DNA from: Methanobacteriota archaeon
GTDB lineage: Archaea; Halobacteriota; Bog-38; Methanoflorentales; Methanoflorentaceae
Assembly: GCA_963719035.1 (NCBI GenBank)
Contig: CAVRAO010000008.1
Location: 32,001-96,000, forward strand
Direction: 5' to 3'
DNA length: 64,000 bases
The translations under genes and the position numbers were made by a program. The notes beneath the pieces are model-generated. The model ran no database searches. It had not been told where the DNA came from and was given only the letters and a program-made list of their open reading frames with translations. This document shows positions 51,329 to 60,492 of this stretch, piece after piece (position 1 is the stretch's first letter; each line of letters starts with the position of its first letter).

Positions 51329-51901
51329 ATGCAAATCGAAGTTATCAAAGAACAGCATAACGCACTGCTGGATCGAAAAGAGTTGCAAATCAAGATTAAG
51401 CATCCTGCAGCTACCCCAGCACGGATCGAAGTAAAAAACAAAGTTGCAGCCGACTTGAAGGTCGAACCTGACCGAGTGATTGTGGATAATATGAAAACTG
51501 CTTTTGGCAAGAAAGAAACGATAGCATATATCAAAGTGTATGAATCCACTGAAGTCGCATTGCAAATTGAACGAGAGCATATCCTAAAGAGGAACCGTCC
51601 GCCGACTACGGAACCGGCTGGAGAAGCGGAAGAGACGGTGACGACGGAACCTACGGAACCGGCTGGAGAAGCGGAAGAGACGGTGACGACGGAACCTACG
51701 GAACCGGCTGGAGAAGCGGAAGAGACGGTGACGACGGAACCTACGGAACCGGCTGGAGAAGCGGAAGAGACGGTGACGACGGAACCTACGGAACCGGCTG
51801 GAGAAGCGGAAGAGACGGTGACGACGGAACCTACGGAACCGGCTGGAGAAGCGGAAGAGACGGTGACGACGGAACCAGCTAACGGGGGGGAAGAAAATTA
51901 A
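51329..51901 (+). CDS. rps24e: 30S ribosomal protein S24e with repeat-expanded acidic tail
   Basis: [22 protein letters not shown]; operon position. Confidence 0.93.
   Translation: MQIEVIKEQHNALLDRKELQIKIKHPAATPARIEVKNKVAADLKVEPDRVIVDNMKTAFGKKETIAYIKVYESTEVALQIEREHILKRNRPPTTEPAGEAEETVTTEPTEPAGEAEETVTTEPTEPAGEAEETVTTEPTEPAGEAEETVTTEPTEPAGEAEETVTTEPTEPAGEAEETVTTEPANGGEEN
51608..51877 (+). repeat. 6 x 45-bp tandem repeat encoding [15 protein letters not shown]
   Basis: Unit ACGGAACCGGCTGGAGAAGCGGAAGAGACGGTGACGACGGAACCT; identical except the last base of copy 6. Confidence 0.97.
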
Positions 51902-52046
51902 GGCATGTGATCTTTACGACGTGACCGAAGAAAAGGCGCAGAGGCGGCGCCAAAACTGTCCGCGCTGCGGCGAAGGAGTCTTTTTAGCCGAGCATAAGGA
52001 TAGATCATCTTGTGGTAAGTGTGGATACACACAGTTTAAAAAATGA
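51897..52046 (+). CDS. rps27ae: 30S ribosomal protein S27ae (not in ORF track; apparent ATT start)
   Basis: [29 protein letters not shown]. Confidence 0.92.
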   Translation: MKACDLYDVTEEKAQRRRQNCPRCGEGVFLAEHKDRSSCGKCGYTQFKK

Positions 52047-52061
52047 TCTTCGTTCGCAGGA

Positions 52062-53036
52062 ATGATCGTTCTAGGCCTTGAGGGGACCGCTTGGAATCTT
52101 AGCGCAAGCCTAGTGAATAATGATGAGGTTTTGTGCGAGGCGAATTCAGCATACTTACCCATTTCAGGTGGAATTCATCCAAGAGAGGCTGCGCAACACT
52201 TCGCTAGTAACGTAGTCGGCGTGATTCGCGAAGTTCTCAGTTCAACAGATCCTCGCTCCATCGAAGGGGTAGCATTTTCGCAAGGTCCAGGTTTAGGGCC
52301 GTGCTTGCGTATTGTTGGTACTGCTGCCAGAGCCCTTGCTTTACGGCTCGGCGTGCCTTTGGTTGGGGTCAACCATTGCATTGCTCACATTGAAATAGAA
52401 CGATGGAAAACTGATCTCTCGGATCCAATTGTACTCTACGTCAGTGGGGCGAATTCGCAAGTGCTTTCGTACCGTCAAAAGAGGTATCGTATTCTTGGAG
52501 AAACTTTGGACATCGGAATCGGGAACTGTTTGGACAAGTTCGCGCGATCAGCAGGATTATCGCATCCTGGCGGCCCCAAGGTGGAAAAACTCGCGCAAGA
52601 GTCACAAAGATACATACCTATGCCGTACGTCGTCAAGGGAATGGACTTTTCGTTTTCGGGGATCGCTACCGCGGCTCAAGAGGCTTTGAAATCCGCCCCA
52701 CTTGAAGATATATGTTATAGCTTTCAAGAGACAGCTTTCTCTATGCTCGTCGAAGTGTGCGAACGGGCCCTTTCGCAAACGGATAAATCAGATTTGCTCT
52801 TAGCTGGTGGGGTCGGGGCAAACAAAAGGCTCCAAGAGATGCTTGCTATAATGTGCTCTGAACGCAGTGCGCGTTTCTTCGCACCTAAATCGAAGTATTT
52901 GCAAGACAATGGCGCAATGATCGCGTACACAGGTTTACTGATGTTGTCACACGGGGTTCACACGCCGATTAGCGCTTCCGGGGCTAACCCGAACTTCAGG
53001 CCAGACGAGGTCGAGGTACTATGGATCAAGGGATAG
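52062..53036 (+). CDS. kae1: KEOPS t6A synthase Kae1
   Basis: GLEGTA, GGIHPREAA, HCIAH, LYVSG, DNGAMIA. Confidence 0.96.
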   Translation: MIVLGLEGTAWNLSASLVNNDEVLCEANSAYLPISGGIHPREAAQHFASNVVGVIREVLSSTDPRSIEGVAFSQGPGLGPCLRIVGTAARALALRLGVPLVGVNHCIAHIEIERWKTDLSDPIVLYVSGANSQVLSYRQKRYRILGETLDIGIGNCLDKFARSAGLSHPGGPKVEKLAQESQRYIPMPYVVKGMDFSFSGIATAAQEALKSAPLEDICYSFQETAFSMLVEVCERALSQTDKSDLLLAGGVGANKRLQEMLAIMCSERSARFFAPKSKYLQDNGAMIAYTGLLMLSHGVHTPISASGANPNFRPDEVEVLWIKG

Positions 53037-53608
53037 TAAAGGTGGTGACAGGGGCGGAAGCAGCAGTCTATATACAGGCTCACTCAGTCATTAAAAAGCG
53101 CGTTCCAAAGAAATACCGCGCTGCAGAGCTCGATATCAAACTGCGGAAAGAGCGGACAAAAAGCGAAGCTAAGATTCAATCGGAAGCACGAAAAGCAGGT
53201 GTGCCGACTCCTATAATACAAGAAATCGACGGCTTTGACATTACAATGGAACGGATAGAGGGCCCATCTGTACGCTCTGTTATAAATGAGACAATCGCTG
53301 AACAGATTGGCGAAGTTCTCTCCACGCTTCACGCAGCAGGCATCGCTCACGGCGATCCAACGACACGCAACATGATTGTCTCAGATAAGCGGATCTATTT
53401 AATCGATTTTGGACTCGCCTCGTACGACAGAAGTCTCGAAGCTCGCGGCGTAGACGTGCATGTTTTTTTCCAAAGCCTTGAAGCTTCGCACGAGAATTAC
53501 CATGCGCTCAAAAAGGCGTTTCTAGCAGGCTACGCCAAAAAAAGCCGGGACGCTGAGCAGGTACTCTCCAAAGTTGAAGAGATAAAGGGGCGAGGTCGAT
53601 ATCTTTGA
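53021..53608 (+). CDS. bud32: KEOPS kinase Bud32
   Basis: GAEA, KKR..K.YR, HGDPTT.N, IDFGL. Confidence 0.94.
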   Translation: MDQGIVKVVTGAEAAVYIQAHSVIKKRVPKKYRAAELDIKLRKERTKSEAKIQSEARKAGVPTPIIQEIDGFDITMERIEGPSVRSVINETIAEQIGEVLSTLHAAGIAHGDPTTRNMIVSDKRIYLIDFGLASYDRSLEARGVDVHVFFQSLEASHENYHALKKAFLAGYAKKSRDAEQVLSKVEEIKGRGRYL

Positions 53609-54144
53609 AAGAGATCAATTTTATCACGCAAAACCGCGGTAAGGTAGCTGAATTGCAGGCTAAGGTTAAGCAGTTCGAACTGACGATTAACCATATTGAT
53701 GCGTCCTACCCAGAGCTTCAAGCTGACACGCTGGAAGACGTCGTGCGTTACGGACTCGCTTTCTGCCAGAACAAGTTCCCGGCACCGTTTATCATTGAAG
53801 ACTCTGGTCTCTTCGTTGACGCTCTCCACGGGTTCCCAGGGCCGTTCTCGTCGTACGTCTTTAAAACTATAGGTAACAGCGGCTTGGTCAAACTAGTCGG
53901 CGAAGGGGTGCCGGCCCGATTTGAGTCACTCATCGGAAGCTATCATCACGATTTTAAGCTGTTCCGTGGACAGGTCGAAGGACGCATAGTCGCTTCAAGA
54001 GGAGGCGGCGGTTTCGGATTCGACCCTATCTTCGAGCACGAGGGTCGCACTTTTGGGGAGATGACGATCAATGAGAAGAATGCTATATCGCACCGCAGCA
54101 ACGCGGTAGACCAGTTCGTGAAATGGGCAACGACAATTATATAA
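53605..54144 (+). CDS. rdgB: Non-canonical purine NTP pyrophosphatase
   Basis: TQNRGK, EDSGL, GFPG, FGFDPIF, KNAISHR. Confidence 0.94.
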   Translation: MKEINFITQNRGKVAELQAKVKQFELTINHIDASYPELQADTLEDVVRYGLAFCQNKFPAPFIIEDSGLFVDALHGFPGPFSSYVFKTIGNSGLVKLVGEGVPARFESLIGSYHHDFKLFRGQVEGRIVASRGGGGFGFDPIFEHEGRTFGEMTINEKNAISHRSNAVDQFVKWATTII

Positions 54145-54210
54145 GAGGGGCTCATAGAGTAGCACACCCTACATCACATAGAAATTATCTGACAGGAATA
54201 AGGAGCTCAA

Positions 54211-54663
54211 ATGGCGCGAATGCACGCAAGAAGGAAAGGAGTGTCTGGATCGACGAGGCCGCTTACAAGTACTGTTCCCATCACGACAACCCCAGAAGAA
54301 GTACAGAAACTCGTGATTGAGCTGCGAAACAGCGGACTTTCTTCGAGCCAAATCGGCATCGTTCTGAGGGACACGTACGGCATACCGAATGTCAAATCGG
54401 TAACGAAGAAGAGTCTAACGGAATTACTTCGCGATGGTGGGGTCGCCCCTGAACTCCCTGAAGATTTGTTCAATCTTATCACTAAAGCGCTAAATCTCAG
54501 AGATCATCTTGAGGAAAATAAGAAGGATCTGCATAACAAACGAGCGCTTCAATTAACAGAGTCGAAGATTCGAAGGCTTGTTCGCTACTATAAGAACAAA
54601 GCTGTGCTACCGAGCGAGTGGTCGTACCGATTAGATACCGTAGAGATGCTGATCTCACGATAG
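54211..54663 (+). CDS. rps15: 30S ribosomal protein S15 (S13e)
   Basis: MARMHARRKG.SGS, IGIVLRD.YG, LPEDL, ESKIRRL. Confidence 0.97.
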   Translation: MARMHARRKGVSGSTRPLTSTVPITTTPEEVQKLVIELRNSGLSSSQIGIVLRDTYGIPNVKSVTKKSLTELLRDGGVAPELPEDLFNLITKALNLRDHLEENKKDLHNKRALQLTESKIRRLVRYYKNKAVLPSEWSYRLDTVEMLISR

Positions 54664-54780
54664 GGTGCTTCCACTTCTTCTCACGGTTTCCAGAAGCTGA
54701 CGCGCGACTTAACGTTAGGACAAACCGACGGCGGCAGACGTAACATATATTGTCACCGCTATTTTTCGCCCACGCAAACA

Positions 54781-55011
54781 ATGATCACTGCCATAATCGT
54801 TTACGAGCATCCGCAAGCGTCCTTGCTTGTCGAAGTTCTCCAACCCGATAACACACCTGAAATACTAATGAAGGCTAAAGGGAAAAAAGTGCTCGGAGTA
54901 CTGAGAGCGAGCAAGCTGCGGACTATGATAGCTTCGTGTGATGATCTGTTTGCGAATCTCCAGATAGCGCAAGCCATGCTTTGCGACACGATCGAGTCGA
55001 CAGGCTTTTGA
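54781..55011 (+). CDS. pcc1: KEOPS subunit Pcc1
   Basis: LQPDN, LRTMIASCDDLF.NL; position after rps15. Confidence 0.8.
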   Translation: MITAIIVYEHPQASLLVEVLQPDNTPEILMKAKGKKVLGVLRASKLRTMIASCDDLFANLQIAQAMLCDTIESTGF

Positions 55012-55084
55012 AAGCCCGCACGAACGCCTAAGTTCGACCTTATCGTATTCACGAGACTATGACAGAGCAATAAGCTCTAAAAGT

Positions 55085-55579
55085 CTATTTTATCTTCTTA
55101 AGATAACTAAGCCACCTTTTTTCGGCTTCGTTTCTTTCTTCAGATGCCGTCGTCACATAATTATCAAGCAGCTTACCTTTCTCAAAGTCTCGCAGTTCAA
55201 TGGCAGCGCGAATTAGGCCTTGAGCTTCTGTATATAGCTCGAGGGCTTGGTGTTCGTCGATATCTTGGCTTTTAATTGCAGATTCATTTTCATGGATCTT
55301 TCTCTCAATCGCCATGTAAAGCCTTTGAACTGCAGAAAACTCTTCAGGAGTGAGTTCCGTTTTGTGATTGATCAAACGCCACATAACTTCGTGGAGCGCG
55401 ACGACTTGTCCGTCAAGTTCAATCTCTTCTGGAACTTCTGTCCCGACGAACGTGAAGAGTCGATTTAACTTAAAAAGAAGCTTTTCTCGTTCCTCCTTTG
55501 TCAGATTATGCGAGTTCGACAAATGCGCCCCCCAAACGATAGGTTCAAGAGGTTCTTCAGAGTGGTCTGTCAGCTTCAT
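55085..55579 (-). CDS. Conserved archaeal helical protein (DUF5788-like)
   Basis: EREKLL..L...F.FVG..VPE.I, GLIRA, KRWLSYLKK. Confidence 0.7.
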   Translation of the reverse strand: MKLTDHSEEPLEPIVWGAHLSNSHNLTKEEREKLLFKLNRLFTFVGTEVPEEIELDGQVVALHEVMWRLINHKTELTPEEFSAVQRLYMAIERKIHENESAIKSQDIDEHQALELYTEAQGLIRAAIELRDFEKGKLLDNYVTTASEERNEAEKRWLSYLKKIK

Positions 55580-55950
55580 GCTCGTGCTTCGGTCGTGTTA
55601 TACTCTAACTATACTGCTTGCTCATCAATAATCGTTGCCGCATATAGGATATAAAATCGCTACAAACTGCAAACAGCTTTACTGCAAACGCGGTGCCTCA
55701 CGAAGAACTGTGTACGTTTGAAACAAATGATATCAAACCCACACAGCGCCCTTTGATTACCAGCTAAAGTCCCTCATTGTGAAGTTACACAGCATTTAGC
55801 ATTGATTGAAGTCGCACCCCTAAAAGCCTTGAAATAGCTCAAAGTGTCAAATAACTCGCAAGAACGCGCAAAAAGTCATAAATGCACCCACAAAGATTAT
55901 GAACCTTAAGGAAGATAAGATCGATCCCTGTTTTCAAACTCACTCGTTAC

Positions 55951-56604
55951 ATGGCTAGAATACCGCGTCATATCGGCATCATTCCCGACGGGAACCGCCG
56001 CTGGGCAGTCGCCAGAGGTTTGCCAAAAAAGGCGGGTTACGAATCGGGTTTGTTCCCTGGGTTAGAAATGCTCAGGTTGTGTACGAATATTGGTGTCAAA
56101 GAGGTCTCAACTTACGGCTTCACTCAAGACAATACAAAAAGGTCCAAAGAGCAAAGGCGAGCATTCCAAAAAGCATGTATTGACGGCGTAGAGATGCTCA
56201 AGCTGGAGGACGCTTGCCTACTTGTCGTGGGAGACCCAAACTCCCCGATGTTCCCCCAGAAGCTCCGCCCGTACACAAAAAGAACGAAGTTTGGCACAGG
56301 AAAAATTAAAGTAAATTTCCTAGTCAACTATGACTGGCAATGGGATTTGAAACCTCTCTATGCCCAGCCAAAATCCACAACGCAGAGCGGAAACGTAAAC
56401 ACCCTGATACAATCGTCCGATGTATCACGTATTGATTTGATAATTCGGTGGGGTGGTAGAAGACGGCTGAGCGGATTTTTGCCGGTGCAATCGGTTTACT
56501 CAGATATCTACGTTGTCGATGATTACTGGCCTGATTTCAAGCCTGAACACTTCTTTGCAGCGCTTGATTGGTATGATAAGCAGGATATCACGCTAGGCGG
56601 ATAG
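55951..56604 (+). CDS. cis-prenyltransferase homolog, Methanosarcina MA1831-type
   Basis: HIGIIPDGNRRWA, GFTQDNTKR, RWGGRRRLSG, C-terminal QDITLGG. Confidence 0.85.
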   Translation: MARIPRHIGIIPDGNRRWAVARGLPKKAGYESGLFPGLEMLRLCTNIGVKEVSTYGFTQDNTKRSKEQRRAFQKACIDGVEMLKLEDACLLVVGDPNSPMFPQKLRPYTKRTKFGTGKIKVNFLVNYDWQWDLKPLYAQPKSTTQSGNVNTLIQSSDVSRIDLIIRWGGRRRLSGFLPVQSVYSDIYVVDDYWPDFKPEHFFAALDWYDKQDITLGG

Positions 56605-57087
56605 AACCACCTCTCGTGTGCTGCTAGTTTCCTGCTAAAACATCTAAACATCCTGTCCTCACGTAAAGCTTTAGCTAGGCACTTAGTGCCGAGATTCGGA
56701 TGTATCCCCCGTGGTCGGTTAAGCGTCGCAAAACGGTTGAAGTGAATAAAGGGCAATCTCGAGACGTTATAGCAAAAGAGCTAAATAATTAGAGTTTTTT
56801 TTTAAATGTATGAAGCGGTATTTCCACTGCACAGTCTGTGACGACATTCATTTTGGGGAAAATCCTCCTGAGATATGCCCTACCTGCGAAACTATGAGCT
56901 CCTACAAAGGGGTCACAAAAGACGAAGCTCAAGAATACCTCTTATAAAGAGTATCGCATTCGGAAATTGTTGCGAATCTTGCCGATTTTTCGTGCAGTCT
57001 TGAGACTACCGTAGATTTGACATAAACGCAAAAAATCGTAAAAAAAGAAACGAGCGCTGCAGATAATGACTTCTGCAGCACACTAAA

Positions 57088-57651
57088 TTAAATTTGATCC
57101 ATCATTGAATCGGACATGCCGGCCATTTCCTCTTCGGATGGCCCCTTCGAAAACGTAGCGGCTTGAATCACGTCATCAATTCGAAGGATCATGTTCGCAG
57201 CTTCAGTAGCTGATAAGATAGCCTGCTTCTTAGTTCTCAGAGGCTCTATCACGTCAGGCCACATGTCAGTGGCTTTTCCGGTTGAAATCTGAAGCCCCAT
57301 CGTTTTATTTCCCGATTCGTGGGCAGTCCTCAAGCCAACGAGCGAGTCCATCGGATCCAAACCCGAGTTTTCAGCAAGCGTTTTTGGGATTATCTCGATC
57401 GCGTCGGCGAATGCGATGACCGCGAGCTGCTCCCTCCCGCTGAGCGTTGAAGCATATTCTCGCAGTTGCATGGCAATCTCTATTTCAGGAGCGCTTCCAC
57501 CTGCGACGACCTTGCCGTCTTCGATCGCAGCTTGAACGACTCGAACCGCATCATACACAGCTCTGTGCGTCTCTTCGACGATATGATCGGCGCCTCCGTG
57601 AACGACAATACTGACGACCCGCGGGTTCTTACAGTCTTTTATTGTTATCAT
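57088..57651 (-). CDS. ths: Thermosome subunit, C-terminal part
   Basis: CKNPR..HGG, YDAV, AGGSAPE, IPKTLAENSG, EP, ILRIDDVI. Confidence 0.85.
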   Translation of the reverse strand: MITIKDCKNPRVVSIVVHGGADHIVEETHRAVYDAVRVVQAAIEDGKVVAGGSAPEIEIAMQLREYASTLSGREQLAVIAFADAIEIIPKTLAENSGLDPMDSLVGLRTAHESGNKTMGLQISTGKATDMWPDVIEPLRTKKQAILSATEAANMILRIDDVIQAATFSKGPSEEEMAGMSDSMMDQI

Positions 57652-57666
57652 TGTTGGGACCTCTCT

Positions 57667-58761
57667 CTAATCAATGCCACAGGTATCACAGCTTGATTCA
57701 ATATCAGTAGTTTCTTCTATCTCGCCTGCTCGGCCTAAGTCAGATCTGCTCAGATCGTCTAAGCTGGATACGACCCGGGCGCCGGTCACCTTAGAGATCG
57801 TCTCAATATCTTCTCCTTTGACGTTTTCCACTGCCATCACATTCTTCCGCGAAAAATGCCATTGGATAAGGTCGTCGATACCCTTCTGGCAAAAGACGAC
57901 GTTTGCACCGCTTGCCAGAATCTTGTCAGCTTTTTCGATCAGCGTTTCGTGATCACGTTCCATAAAGAGCTTCATTTGAGTAGGGTCTTTTATTTTGATT
58001 TTGGCATCAGTTTTGGTTTTGGCTAGCTCCAGTGGCTGATCATAGACGAGAATCCGCGCATCACATACTTTTCGTGGCATTCCCTCAGCAGCGCGTTCTT
58101 TATCGATAACGACGCCTTCGACGAGTTCCGAATCAGAGACAGAACCAGATACTTTCTTTTCAATTCTGATGTCTTCCTCATCGACTTTGAACTTCTTATT
58201 ATCCTTTTGAGCGACTGCTTTGACCGCTCTAACCACGAACTCGGGAAGAACGTCTTTTCCAACATCAGTCCCCTTGCCCGTGAGCGCCGTCTGAGCAATC
58301 TTCTTCAACAGGTCGTCGTCGTTTATCGAAACGCGGCGAGACATCGATTCTGCGACCTCAATCGCCTTTTCTGCTGCGAGGCTGTAGCCTTTTTCGATGA
58401 CCGTTGGGTGGACGTCTTGCTCAAGTAGGTCCTCTGCGTACTTTAGTAATTCGCCTGCCAAGATTACGGCTGTTGTCGTGCCGTCCCCTACTTCATCATC
58501 CTGCGTCTTAGCGACCTCGACCATCATCTTTGCTGCAGGATGCTCGATGTCCATTTCCTTCAATATCGTAGCACCGTCGTTTGTTATGACTACTTCGCCC
58601 ATCCCATCAACGAGCATCTTGTCCATGCCTTTTGGTCCGAGCGTCGTTCGCACTGTTTCAGCAACGGCCCTGCTTGCGGTAAAATTCATAGACTGGGCTT
58701 CCCTGCCCTTCGTCCTTTGTGTTCCTTCACGGAGAATGAGAATCGGTTGACCACCAATCAC
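57667..58761 (-). CDS. ths: Thermosome subunit, N-terminal part (ends at in-frame TAG)
   Basis: [34 protein letters not shown]. Confidence 0.9.
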   Translation of the reverse strand: MIGGQPILILREGTQRTKGREAQSMNFTASRAVAETVRTTLGPKGMDKMLVDGMGEVVITNDGATILKEMDIEHPAAKMMVEVAKTQDDEVGDGTTTAVILAGELLKYAEDLLEQDVHPTVIEKGYSLAAEKAIEVAESMSRRVSINDDDLLKKIAQTALTGKGTDVGKDVLPEFVVRAVKAVAQKDNKKFKVDEEDIRIEKKVSGSVSDSELVEGVVIDKERAAEGMPRKVCDARILVYDQPLELAKTKTDAKIKIKDPTQMKLFMERDHETLIEKADKILASGANVVFCQKGIDDLIQWHFSRKNVMAVENVKGEDIETISKVTGARVVSSLDDLSRSDLGRAGEIEETTDIESSCDTCGID

Positions 58762-58795
58762 TATGCTAACCTCCGAAATAACTAGAGTTGTTGTT

Positions 58796-58810
58796 CTATA
58801 TAAAATTTCT
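58796..58810 (-). promoter_or_regulatory. Putative BRE/TATA of the thermosome gene
   Basis: AGAAATTTTATATAG about 35 nt upstream of the GTG. Confidence 0.55.
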
Positions 58811-58996
58811 TACAGCGGCTATAGTTGTTTGTCAAAAGACCCGACAAACGGCGTTCTTACAACTGGACAGGAGCAAGAGTTGATCAGCACAACATCGGTT
58901 GAATCTAAGGTCGCAGTCTCGTTGCGCTTGGGGCTCACATGCTCCGCAGGGCACGCTTCGCTCAAGCCCCTCAAGCATGCTTGAAGCGAACCCATA

Positions 58997-60199
58997 TCAC
59001 GGATTCATCGGTCGGTCACTTCGCACGAAAAAGCCGATTATCAGCACAGCGGCGACGGCCATGAACGCGCCGTAGAGAAAAGCAAACGTAGGGCCGATCG
59101 TTTGCCAGAGCGTGCCAGCAATCAGGCTTGCTGGCAAAGCGACAGCGCCGATGACGAAGTAATACGTACCGAATGCGGTGGCTTTGAGGTGCAGAGGGGC
59201 AAGATCGGACACGAGCGCTCTGGACACTCCGTCAGTAAGACCGTAATAAAGTCCGTAAAAGGGAAAAAGGACCCAGACAACGAGTGCAGATGAAGCGAAT
59301 GCAAATCCTAGATAGACTATGAAGAAGATCGCAAAGCCTATCAATAGCACCGCCTTGCGTCCTATTTTGTCGGAGACAATGCCAAACGGAAATGCAGAAA
59401 CCGCATATATAACATTCATCAAGAGATAGAGTAGCGGTATCACGAGCGTCGGGATGCCGAGGTTTTGCGCACGTAAAAAGAGGAAAGCGTCGCTTGAATT
59501 TCCAACAAAGAAAATACCGAGCCCCAAAAGAAAGGTGCGAAAGTTCGGGTCTAACGACCTAAAGGATACCTTGTATAACTGTTTGCTTCGTTGCCCGGCG
59601 GCCGTCTCTTTGACGAAAAAAACCACAAGTACCGTGGCAACTATGCCGGGAATGAATGCGAGGAGGAATAGTCCCCTATAGCTCAGGATGCCAAACAGAG
59701 CGACCGCGATAAGCGGGCCGATAACAGCCCCTAACGTATCGAGAGAGCGTTGAAAACCGAAGGACCTGCCCACCCCGAGACTCTTTGACTCAGATATGAT
59801 TGCATCACGCGCTGAGCTTCGTATGCCCTTGCCAAAGCGATCAAAGAACCGAATCGCCAAGACTTGTTGCCATGCGGTTGTGAATGCCAACAGGGGCTTC
59901 GCGATCGCAGCAATCGCATAACCAGAATACACCAAGGACTTGCGTTTCCCAAACCTGTCGGAGAGATACCCTGAAACGATCTTCAGTATGCTTGCTGCGC
60001 TTTCAGCAACTCCCTCAATAAGGCCCACATCAATGAACGTTGCGCCGAGCGCGTTAACGAGAAAAAGAGGAATGAGTGGGTAAATCATCTCCGTGCTCAT
60101 GTCGGCAAACAGACTCACAATCCCAAGGACTAAGACGTTCATACTTACGCCGAAAACAAGACCGTCCTTGGAGAATCGCTTCCCCCACATTCGCTCCAA
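58997..60199 (-). CDS. MFS transporter
   Basis: About 12 TM helices; GYLSDRFGKRK, SDKIGRK. Confidence 0.93.
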   Translation of the reverse strand: MERMWGKRFSKDGLVFGVSMNVLVLGIVSLFADMSTEMIYPLIPLFLVNALGATFIDVGLIEGVAESAASILKIVSGYLSDRFGKRKSLVYSGYAIAAIAKPLLAFTTAWQQVLAIRFFDRFGKGIRSSARDAIISESKSLGVGRSFGFQRSLDTLGAVIGPLIAVALFGILSYRGLFLLAFIPGIVATVLVVFFVKETAAGQRSKQLYKVSFRSLDPNFRTFLLGLGIFFVGNSSDAFLFLRAQNLGIPTLVIPLLYLLMNVIYAVSAFPFGIVSDKIGRKAVLLIGFAIFFIVYLGFAFASSALVVWVLFPFYGLYYGLTDGVSRALVSDLAPLHLKATAFGTYYFVIGAVALPASLIAGTLWQTIGPTFAFLYGAFMAVAAVLIIGFFVRSDRPMNP

Positions 60200-60492
60200 A
60201 TTGCAGCTTTAAGGACTTAAAATTGTCTAAGCGATGAGCTCGCGTGCAAATCGGCTATTTTACAAGCGGTCCGAAGCACTTTTAGCGACTGTTTGTGCTT
60301 TCGACAAGAAAAGGGAAGCACCTTTATGGGACGGGCTATGAAGACTTCCTAGCTCGGGACTGCGCCCGTCTTGCCCAGCAACGTATGCTAGCTAACAGAG
60401 AAAACGTTTGAATGCAACCAGAGGGGAGAGTTAGCGATAAGATTAAGATTGAACAGTATTTATGATTGAACAGCAGAAAAGATAGTGGAATT

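Noticed and set aside
51608-51877. CRISPR array
   Set aside because: Units are contiguous with no spacers, in frame within rps24e, and no cas genes are present
54664-55084. DHH and rps3ae genes absent around pcc1
   Set aside because: Ordinary operon rearrangement; no remnant visible
58971-58984. Perfect palindrome TCAAGCATGCTTGA
   Set aside because: Single short instance just after the MFS stop; most simply a 3' hairpin
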